A stretch of DNA of 44,528 bases. Origin: a virus. Position 1 is the first letter of the stretch; every line of letters starts with the position of its first letter. The stretch is taken from IMG/VR virus record IMGVR_UViG_3300010231_000015. The stretch is one strand, 5' to 3'. A program made the translations under genes and the position numbers. Below are positions 24,294-30,078 of the stretch, piece after piece. The notes beneath the pieces were generated by a model. The model saw nothing but the letters and a program-made list of their open reading frames with translations, was not told the DNA's origin and did no database searches.

Positions 24294-24302
24294 GTCACAC
24301 TC

Positions 24303-24557
24303 CTAGATCACGTAATCGGGATCAGTCGGCCCTTCGACAAACCAGCCAATCTCGGTGAGGTAGTCCGTCGCAATCTCAACCGCCTCGTCAGCGTCCATCA
24401 CGCCGCCGAAGTAGCTCCACACTGCAACGAACATAGGTTCGAATCCACACTGCCACCCTATGAGTCGTGCGTTCTCAGGCATTTCCGCCACGGTACGCAC
24501 GTTCAGGGAATTGTCGAGGCAGTGGCCGACATACTGTAATGCTTGCTCGCGCCGCAT
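24303..24557 (-). CDS. Hypothetical protein
   Basis: 84 aa. GGAAGG 7 nt upstream. Confidence 0.6.
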   Translation of the reverse strand: MRREQALQYVGHCLDNSLNVRTVAEMPENARLIGWQCGFEPMFVAVWSYFGGVMDADEAVEIATDYLTEIGWFVEGPTDPDYVI

Positions 24558-24559
24558 GG

Positions 24560-24781
24560 TCAGCCCTTCCTCTTGTGATGCGGCACGAACTCCCGAGCGC
24601 CGCGCATTGTGAACGCCAGATCGGGATAGCCGTCCTGCTCACACATGTCTGCCTGCATGTCGATGTACTCGTTGAACACCGACTCGTCATTACGAAACGA
24701 GGCTTTCTCCTTCGGCCATGCGTTGACGATGTAGTGGACCTCGTTCGCCCACCAATTGCGGCTTTGTGGCTTGCGTGACAT
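24560..24781 (-). CDS. Hypothetical protein
   Basis: 73 aa, tightly packed between neighbouring genes. Confidence 0.55.
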   Translation of the reverse strand: MSRKPQSRNWWANEVHYIVNAWPKEKASFRNDESVFNEYIDMQADMCEQDGYPDLAFTMRGAREFVPHHKRKG

Positions 24782-24782
24782 G

Positions 24783-25037
24783 TTACGCCCCTATGGGCTC
24801 ACCGTTGATGAGCCATTGCTTGCCGTTGAACGAAACGATGTCGCCACGTCTACGCGCCTGCTCAATGCGTGGCAACACCTTGACCTTGAATCGCGCCTCA
24901 GCCTGCTTAGCCTCAGCGTAACGCCCACTGTGCGAGCGCATGCCCGCACTGATAGCGCGGTTGCGTGTCGCCTCACACTTAGCCCTTGCGGGCTTCATGT
25001 GGGCGGGTGTGTTGTGGAAATATAGGCCGCTAATCAC
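24783..25037 (-). CDS. Hypothetical protein
   Basis: 84 aa. GTG start with AGGAGG 4 nt upstream and a GTGA overlap. Confidence 0.6.
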   Translation of the reverse strand: MISGLYFHNTPAHMKPARAKCEATRNRAISAGMRSHSGRYAEAKQAEARFKVKVLPRIEQARRRGDIVSFNGKQWLINGEPIGA

Positions 25038-25357
25038 GCGCCCTCCTTAATCTGTTGCGCCGCCTCTTTAGCGACGCAGACGGTATCGCTCAACGACCAC
25101 ATGGACGAATCGTTGAGTTGCTTGTTGACTCGCGCGCCGTGTGGCCGGATGAAACCATCCAGCATGTCCCACATGCGTAGCGGGATGTCGTTGAACCAGC
25201 GGTCAGTGGACGCCTTAATAGCAGGCTTGCCGATAACGCGCTCCACATACGACCGGATAGACGGCGTTACGAACTGAGCGTAGTACTCGCGGTGCAACTT
25301 CTCGCGTTGCGCCTCGCTCAGGTCGCTGTACATCACCATATACTCTCTGCGGTTCAT
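25034..25357 (-). CDS. Hypothetical protein
   Basis: 107 aa. AGGTG 6 nt upstream. Confidence 0.6.
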   Translation of the reverse strand: MNRREYMVMYSDLSEAQREKLHREYYAQFVTPSIRSYVERVIGKPAIKASTDRWFNDIPLRMWDMLDGFIRPHGARVNKQLNDSSMWSLSDTVCVAKEAAQQIKEGA

Positions 25358-25360
25358 GGC

Positions 25361-25642
25361 TCACACCTTGAACGTGACGGACGGCTCAGCGGAGCAGCAG
25401 ACCCAAATGACGCCAGCGCCAAACAGTGCCGGTGTCCATTGAGACTCCTTCTCTGCCTTGCGGCTCAGAAGCTCCTGAACTGCCGTGGCGTGAATGTCTA
25501 TCCACTCAGACAGTTCATAGGGATACGGAACTGCCGCACGCATATGGCCCATACGTGCAACAACTTGCGTACCGTGCTTGTCGGTTGCCGGTTCAACCTC
25601 AGTGTAAATCGCCGGATAAAGTGCTGTCATGGTAGTGCCCAT
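25361..25642 (-). CDS. Hypothetical protein
   Basis: 93 aa. First gene after the early terminator. AGGA 10 nt upstream. Confidence 0.55.
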   Translation of the reverse strand: MGTTMTALYPAIYTEVEPATDKHGTQVVARMGHMRAAVPYPYELSEWIDIHATAVQELLSRKAEKESQWTPALFGAGVIWVCCSAEPSVTFKV

Positions 25643-25663
25643 TGGTCGATGGTCCTCTCTGAG

Positions 25664-25692
25664 ATAGAAAAGGGCCGCATGGTTAGCGGCCC
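25664..25692 (-). terminator. Rho-independent terminator after the first long early gene
   Basis: Minus strand reads GGGCCGC-taaccat-GCGGCCC followed by TTTTCT (stems at 25686..25692 and 25672..25678). Confidence 0.7.
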
Positions 25693-25758
25693 TGAACGCC
25701 CGTTGATGGTCTCATCTTTGTTATTGTTCTACTTATCCCTCACTACCCCACCTGCGCC

Positions 25759-26337
25759 TTACTCTACGGTAGGCTGCTCAGCGGGAACAACCTTGATGCC
25801 TTCGTCACTTGCCAGCGCACGGAGCGCCGCGAGTTTGTCAGGCTGAACAAGACTCGTGTCCTGTTCTTTCTTCGTCAGCGCTGCCTCCGCTTTCTTCAGG
25901 ATGGAAGCGATGGCCTTCGCCAGATCGAACTGGTGATACTTCGGTTCCGGCGAGAAGCTCCAGAACGGCTCGGCAATCGCGGCGGCCATGTTGGCGTCGC
26001 TCATCACCTGCTCGCGCCGCTCTTTGACGTATGCGAGGTTGCCGTTGTCGTCCGTGGTGAACGCGCCGTAGTTGCAGAGCCAAGCCATGAGGCCCGCTTT
26101 GCGTGCCGATTGGCCCAGCGCCGCGACAAGCCGCGTTGCAACGTCGGGATCGTTGTGTTGCGCCGAGTGCATCAGCACCGAGCATGCTGCGCGGTGGATG
26201 TCAGTGTCGAGCTTTGCCGAACGCGATGCAATCGAGCCGATTGCTTTGTTCAGTTCCGCTTGAGTCTTGATGAGCGTGAAAACCGGCGCTGCCTTGGTCT
26301 TGCCGGTCTTGGTTGCTGCTTGTTTCGTGGTTGCCAT
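25759..26337 (-). CDS. Hypothetical early protein
   Basis: 192 aa. AGGAG 6 nt upstream of ATG 26337. First substantial ORF downstream of the early promoters. Confidence 0.75.
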   Translation of the reverse strand: MATTKQAATKTGKTKAAPVFTLIKTQAELNKAIGSIASRSAKLDTDIHRAACSVLMHSAQHNDPDVATRLVAALGQSARKAGLMAWLCNYGAFTTDDNGNLAYVKERREQVMSDANMAAAIAEPFWSFSPEPKYHQFDLAKAIASILKKAEAALTKKEQDTSLVQPDKLAALRALASDEGIKVVPAEQPTVE

Positions 26338-26961
26338 GATAAGCTCCTGTTCAGGTCAGGGTACTACGTTGGTAAGTGGTGCGCCCTGCCCTCAATGCCT
26401 AAGCATCAAGCCATCCCCGTACCAACATCATACGGCTACTAACAAGGCGCACTATTTACCACTCTTCAAAGTGGGTTTCTTGAGCATGCACTTTAACCGG
26501 GCACCATTCACTACCCGCCACCTCGTTACGCCCGCCTTTGCCGGTTTCCAGTCGTATCGCTCACTACCCTCATTGCTGAGTCTCGCTTGCTACCCGTCTG
26601 TACTCTCGTGCATCGCAGTCCCGTATGTCGGTTGCTATGCTCATGTCAGGGGTTCTGTTATGCTCCCCGTCCTAGGCCCAGTACTCTTCTGTACTGTGCT
26701 GCGTCCCTTCGTGCGTTATCGGTTGCAAACCGCGCCTTAGTGCGCCTTGGCTAACTCCTGATAGCGGGATTGCCTCTCAGGTATCACTGCCTAGCGCCTT
26801 GCAATTCTCGCGTCTCACTTGGCTACCCTCTGTATCGCCCGGAGTGGTCATCACCCGGATTGTCACTGACTACAGAGTCTTGCCTAGCTACCCGCACGGC
26901 TTGCTATCGCCGTACAACAGGTAAGTCTGCTGCTCACTGCTTACTGCCTACTACGCTTCGC

Positions 26962-26990
26962 ATGTTAGAGGCTAGTTCTTAGCGTGTCAA
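26962..26990 (-). promoter_or_regulatory. Sigma70-type early promoter P1 (TTGACA-17-TAACAT)
   Basis: On the minus strand, the -35 TTGACA is at 26990..26985 and the -10 TAACAT at 26967..26962. An A-rich stretch and the conserved 26-nt element lie immediately upstream. Confidence 0.6.
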
Positions 26991-27001
26991 CTACTTATTT
27001 G

Positions 27002-27027
27002 CTAGGTGCTAACCCTTAGATGCTTAG
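27002..27027 (-). repeat. Conserved upstream element, copy 1 (plus strand CTAGGTGCTAACCCTTAGATGCTTAG)
   Basis: Matches 27173..27198 at 25 of 26 positions. It sits at the same offset (171 nt period) from the -35 of P1 as copy 2 sits from P2. Confidence 0.8.
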
Positions 27028-27133
27028 GTACTACATGGTTGCAGTCTGAGCTACGGTACAAGGCATCAACTTTGTGTGAGCCGTACTAGCTAACCCACTC
27101 CTTACTGCGCTGTTCACTGCAACCACAGAACGG

Positions 27134-27161
27134 ATTGTATAGAGTCTACAGACGATTGCAA
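27134..27161 (-). promoter_or_regulatory. Sigma70-type early promoter P2 (TTGCAA-16-TACAAT)
   Basis: The -35 is at 27161..27156 and the -10 TACAAT at 27139..27134, both on the minus strand. Confidence 0.6.
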
Positions 27162-27172
27162 GCACTATTTCA

Positions 27173-27202
27173 CTAGGTGCTAACCCTTAGCTGCTTAGCA
27201 CC
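27173..27202 (-). repeat. Conserved upstream element, copy 2, containing an 8-bp inverted repeat (GGTGCTAA-n11-TTAGCACC)
   Basis: Arms at 27176..27183 and 27195..27202. Overlaps the stop codon of the 68-aa gene. Could act as an operator or as an RNA hairpin. Confidence 0.75.
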
Positions 27203-27393
27203 TTACGACCACGGTTAGTTCCTGCTCTACGCTTAGCCTGTAGTGCTTTAACCTGTTCCTTAGCAAAGGCTTCTGCCTGTTCCTTAGCAACCTGTTCCTC
27301 TATACCACTAGCTACTAACTCCCGGAGCTTACCAGCATACAGAGCATGGTATCTGCGCTGGTCAGCCCTAAGCCTATCCATTGATGCACCCAT
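27187..27393 (-). CDS. 68-aa highly charged helical early protein
   Basis: AGGAG 5 nt upstream of ATG 27393. Sequence MGASMDRLRADQRRYHALYAGKLRELVASGIEEQVAKEQAEAFAKEQVKALQAKRRAGTNRGRKVLSS. It is the first ORF in the sense direction within the terminal non-coding region. Confidence 0.65.
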   Translation of the reverse strand: MGASMDRLRADQRRYHALYAGKLRELVASGIEEQVAKEQAEAFAKEQVKALQAKRRAGTNRGRKVLSS

Positions 27394-27430
27394 AGTATCT
27401 CCTATCTATCTATGTGCTAACCAGTTTACA

Positions 27431-27452
27431 TTAGAATGCCACACTGTGGAAG
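27431..27452 (+). promoter_or_regulatory. Motif-2 copy c on the plus strand (TTAGAATGCCACACTGTGGAAG)
   Basis: 15 of 16 identical to minus-strand 5435..5420 (TTAGAGTGCCACACTT). It points away from all genes, into the GATACA-rich AT block. Confidence 0.45.
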
Positions 27453-27480
27453 CAGTCCAAAGCGATGAGCGGCGAGCCGA

Positions 27481-27651
27481 CAGGCGATACACGCGAAGCA
27501 AGACAGGATACATAGAGCTATACCATGTATGACATAGAGATACATAGATAGATACATAGATCACACTGTGTATGAGATAGATAGACACAGGATTAACACA
27601 CATGTATGCGAGCGATAAGAAACAGATAGCGCACACACTCAAGCGAGCGAA
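27481..27651 (+). repeat. AT-rich GATACATAGA-type repeat block bounded by GCGAGCCGA direct repeats
   Basis: GATACATAGAT(A) is tandem at 27539..27561. Related copies lie at 27507..27517 and 27531..27540, and GAGATAGATAGAC at about 27574. GCGAGCCGA occurs at 27472..27480 and 27652..27660. Confidence 0.75.
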
Positions 27652-27850
27652 GCGAGCCGAGTGTTAATACCTAAGCTCTGATGTCCTCCATATCCATAGA
27701 AGTGTAAATCCCATCATCACGCTTGCTATCATGCGCTGGATGTGCTAGGTGCATGCGCTGTGTAGCTGCTAGGCAACGTGAGCCAAGCCTGTTAGCACTT
27801 GACATAATGTACGTTAGCAACCACTAGGGTAGACACCTAGCATCTAGCGC

Positions 27851-27878
27851 TTGCATGCTGCGCTGGCTGTGGTACAAT
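27851..27878 (+). promoter_or_regulatory. Sigma70-like promoter on the plus strand (TTGCAT-16-TGG-TACAAT), antisense to all genes
   Basis: The -35 is at 27851..27856 and an extended -10, TGGTACAAT, at 27870..27878. A 6-bp hairpin GAGTGC-n10-GCACTC follows at about 27885..27906. No ORF lies downstream. Confidence 0.35.
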
Positions 27879-28003
27879 CGAAGTGAGTGCGTAAATCCTA
27901 GCACTCAGTGCGATGGCTCGATTGGGAGGGCCAAGGGGGAAAGTCAGGCCGTCGCGGGTCGGAGAGGGGCTCACAAAAATTTATCAAACTAGAGCCGCTA
28001 GTA

Positions 28004-28351
28004 TTACTCGCTACTCTTACCCTTCAAGTCTCGCTTACCCAACAGCCTTAGCCCGTAGCCATACAGGTAATCCGTAAGGTAGGCCATAGGCTCACCCTTA
28101 GACTCTATGTCGTAGGGTTTGATGCCCTTCATGTCCAAGATGTACAGCACGCAGTGGACTAGCTCATGCACCAACGTCCTAGCGTCGCCATCGAACACTC
28201 CCACTACCAAGCCATACTTCTTGTGCCAGCCGGTGAGCCCAGCGGCAGTGTCGCAGATCGGCGTGCCGGTTAAGCGAGCAAACTGCGCTGGGTCATCGGT
28301 GAAGGTCACGGGCTCGCTGTACGGATGCGCCCAGCACTTCACCGAGGCCAC
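28004..28351 (-). CDS. Small HExxH (zincin-like) putative metallopeptidase
   Basis: 115 aa. GTG start 2 nt after the upstream TGA. ...ARTLVHELVHCVLYILDMKGIKPYDIESKGEPMAY... is HExxH with Glu residues 17 and 21 aa downstream. It is the last gene on the sense strand. Confidence 0.6.
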   Translation of the reverse strand: MASVKCWAHPYSEPVTFTDDPAQFARLTGTPICDTAAGLTGWHKKYGLVVGVFDGDARTLVHELVHCVLYILDMKGIKPYDIESKGEPMAYLTDYLYGYGLRLLGKRDLKGKSSE

Positions 28352-28353
28352 GA

Positions 28354-28548
28354 TCAGCCACCCGCCGCGTCGGTGCTGTCAGCGATGGTCGCGTCGAGTT
28401 CAGTCTTTGCAGCGGCGAGGACGGTGGTGATGTCCTGCGAGTAATCGACCGGATTGCGGTTCACGTTCTGGCGGACGGCGGCGCTGGCGCGGTCGAGCGC
28501 GTTGGCGAGGTTGAGACGTTCTTGTTGGGTGCGGTTCTGCAAGCTCAT
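28354..28548 (-). CDS. Hypothetical 64-aa protein, paralog of 28658..28855
   Basis: AGGAGG 4 nt upstream. The C-terminus TVLAAAKTELDATIADSTDAAGG resembles ALASLKTLLDAAVADATPTPDA in its neighbour. Confidence 0.6.
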   Translation of the reverse strand: MSLQNRTQQERLNLANALDRASAAVRQNVNRNPVDYSQDITTVLAAAKTELDATIADSTDAAGG

Positions 28549-28657
28549 AGAGCCTCCTGTGGAAATGAGAGGGAAGGGCGTTATTCAGGCGCTGGGCGGG
28601 CTCGCGTACCCACGGCTATACCAACATAGCCTGAGAGGTCGCGAGCCCGTCAGGGCG

Positions 28658-28855
28658 TTATGCGTCGGGTGTCGGAGTTGCGTCGGCAACCGCTGCGTCG
28701 AGCAGGGTCTTGAGCGAGGCGAGGGCGGTGTCCGTAGCGGCGACCATTGCCGGGTTGCGGCTGTCGCTCCGGTAGACGAGCAGGGCCTTCAGGGTGTTCT
28801 CCATCGTGCCCGAGAGGGCATACACTTCGTTCGTGGTTTGGTTTGCAACGCTCAT
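28658..28855 (-). CDS. Hypothetical 65-aa protein, paralog of 28354..28548
   Basis: Start moved to ATG 28855 (AGGAG 6 nt upstream, just after the Rz1 stop). Confidence 0.6.
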   Translation of the reverse strand: MSVANQTTNEVYALSGTMENTLKALLVYRSDSRNPAMVAATDTALASLKTLLDAAVADATPTPDA

Positions 28856-28856
28856 G

Positions 28857-29147
28857 TCATTCTCCTTTGAGGATTGTGTCGGCCCACGCCTTGATGCTGG
28901 CGCGGTCGTCGTTGGCCCTGTCGAGTGCGTCGAGCAGGGCGTTTGTCCAGCGTGCCCACGATTCATTCGTGAGCGGGAAGGCCGGTCGAGCTACCTCGAT
29001 GGGCGAGGCGTATGCGACCGGATCAGGGACCGCTGGCGGGCTCGGCGCTTGAGGCAGGGCCGTACACCCCGAGAGCAGCAGCAACGTCATCAGGGACGCG
29101 CTGAGCAGCCCACGTAGGGTTCGCTTTGAGTGCGTTGTCGAGCGCAT
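28857..29147 (-). CDS. Outer-membrane spanin Rz1 (lipoprotein)
   Basis: Signal peptide ending at the lipobox LLLLSGC. The mature part is Pro-rich (PQAPSPPAVPDPV). It starts inside Rz in another frame and extends past it, which is the overlapped spanin architecture. An alternative start is ATG 29090. Confidence 0.75.
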   Translation of the reverse strand: MRSTTHSKRTLRGLLSASLMTLLLLSGCTALPQAPSPPAVPDPVAYASPIEVARPAFPLTNESWARWTNALLDALDRANDDRASIKAWADTILKGE

Positions 29148-29382
29148 CGGATCGTTCCTTGGTGCGTGCCGCTGTCGCGGCGTTGCGAGCCGCCCGCGTC
29201 TCAGACTGAGAGAGCAGGGCGGTGTTGGCTACACGGAGCGCTTTGACTTGCCCGCTGAGGGCTGTATTCGCGTCCTGAAGGCGATGCAGCGTGTCGCGGG
29301 TATATACCCACACCACGGAGCCGCCGAGCAGCGTGCAGAGGCACAGGGCCGCTGCGATGAGGTATGGCTTGATGCCAGTCAT
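29023..29382 (-). CDS. Inner-membrane spanin Rz
   Basis: Start moved to ATG 29382 (GGAGGG RBS, ATGA overlap with the endolysin stop). N-terminal TM helix IKPYLIAAALCLCTLLGGSVVWV followed by a coiled coil. Confidence 0.75.
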   Translation of the reverse strand: MTGIKPYLIAAALCLCTLLGGSVVWVYTRDTLHRLQDANTALSGQVKALRVANTALLSQSETRAARNAATAARTKERSDALDNALKANPTWAAQRVPDDVAAALGVYGPASSAEPASGP

Positions 29383-29906
29383 GGCGAGCCCTCCGGTAAG
29401 TCGCGGAGGCACAGCGCAAGCTCAGCGACGCGACGGTTGTACAGACCCCGGTGGACGTTCGTACCGGGCATAGTCCATTCGAGCAGCTTGCGGCACGCGG
29501 CGGCGGGACGGCCTGCGTTCAACAGGGTCACGTGGCCCGGTACGCGTCCCGACTTCAGGATGCACATACCGTCCTTCGTCCCGCGCTTGCCGGGGCCTAC
29601 GTTGTACGCGAAGCTCACCCACGCGTTGTACTCGCCATCGGTAAGAGGGCGGCTCACGCACGAGCGAACTGTAGCCGCTGCGATCTGCAAGTCCTTCACG
29701 GCCTGCGCGTCACACTCAGCGAGCGTGGCGTGGCCCTTGGCTGCGAGCGCACCCGTAGCACCACGACAGATAGTCGGGATGCCTAACGGGTCTCGGTATG
29801 TCCGAGTGGCAGGCGCTCCCTCGAAGCGGTCGATGGTGGACCATGCGCCGCCGAGCCCGAGACTAACCGCTAGGGCCGCTCCGGTCAGAACCTTCTTCAT
29901 GTCCAT
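29379..29906 (-). CDS. SAR endolysin (lysozyme, T4 E-like catalytic triad)
   Basis: 175 aa. Gly/Ala-rich weakly hydrophobic N-terminus VLTGAALAVSLGLGGAWS, then FEGAPATRTYRDPLGIPTICRG (E-x8-D-x5-T). Similar in layout to phiKMV gp45. Confidence 0.85.
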   Translation of the reverse strand: MDMKKVLTGAALAVSLGLGGAWSTIDRFEGAPATRTYRDPLGIPTICRGATGALAAKGHATLAECDAQAVKDLQIAAATVRSCVSRPLTDGEYNAWVSFAYNVGPGKRGTKDGMCILKSGRVPGHVTLLNAGRPAAACRKLLEWTMPGTNVHRGLYNRRVAELALCLRDLPEGSP

Positions 29907-30078
29907 CTTTCTTCCTCACGAGGTTGTTGTAGAACAGCCAGAACAACTGGCACAGGATCAACACCACTGAGAGGATCATGACCCAGCTTTGCAGCGGGAC
30001 ACCGAACACACTCAAGGTGATGTTGGTTGCAGCAGGAGCAGCCGTAGCCGCTTCCTTGAGTGTGTCTTTGATGCTCAT
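29863..30078 (-). CDS. Holin (probable pinholin partner of the SAR endolysin)
   Basis: 71 aa with a hydrophobic core and a charged C-terminus. ATGA overlap with the terminase stop. Lies immediately upstream of the endolysin. Confidence 0.7.
   Translation of the reverse strand: MSIKDTLKEAATAAPAATNITLSVFGVPLQSWVMILSVVLILCQLFWLFYNNLVRKKDGHEEGSDRSGPSG

Noticed and set aside
26267-26982. Plus-strand ORFs 26267..26740 (157 aa) and 26770..26982 (70 aa) in the long leader.
   Set aside because: The first starts antisense inside a real gene. Both have implausible Cys/Pro/Leu-rich composition and no SD sequence, and they run against the two sense-strand promoters.
27507-27586. GATACATAGA tandem repeats as a CRISPR array or minisatellite.
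   Set aside because: There are only two adjacent 12-nt units plus degenerate copies, with no repeat-spacer periodicity and no cas genes. The block is better explained as AT-rich origin or terminal-region iterons.
27406-27642. Minus-strand 78-aa ORF across the AT-rich repeat block.
   Set aside because: Its sequence (..IYLIHSVIYVSIYVSL..) simply translates the ATAGAT repeats. There is no SD sequence, and its 3' end overlaps the RBS and upstream region of the neighbouring 68-aa gene.
27924-27969. A G-quadruplex formed by plus-strand G-tracts.
   Set aside because: Three tracts are close together, but the fourth needs a 16-nt loop. Formation cannot be judged by eye, so it is mentioned only as context for the plus-strand promoter finding.
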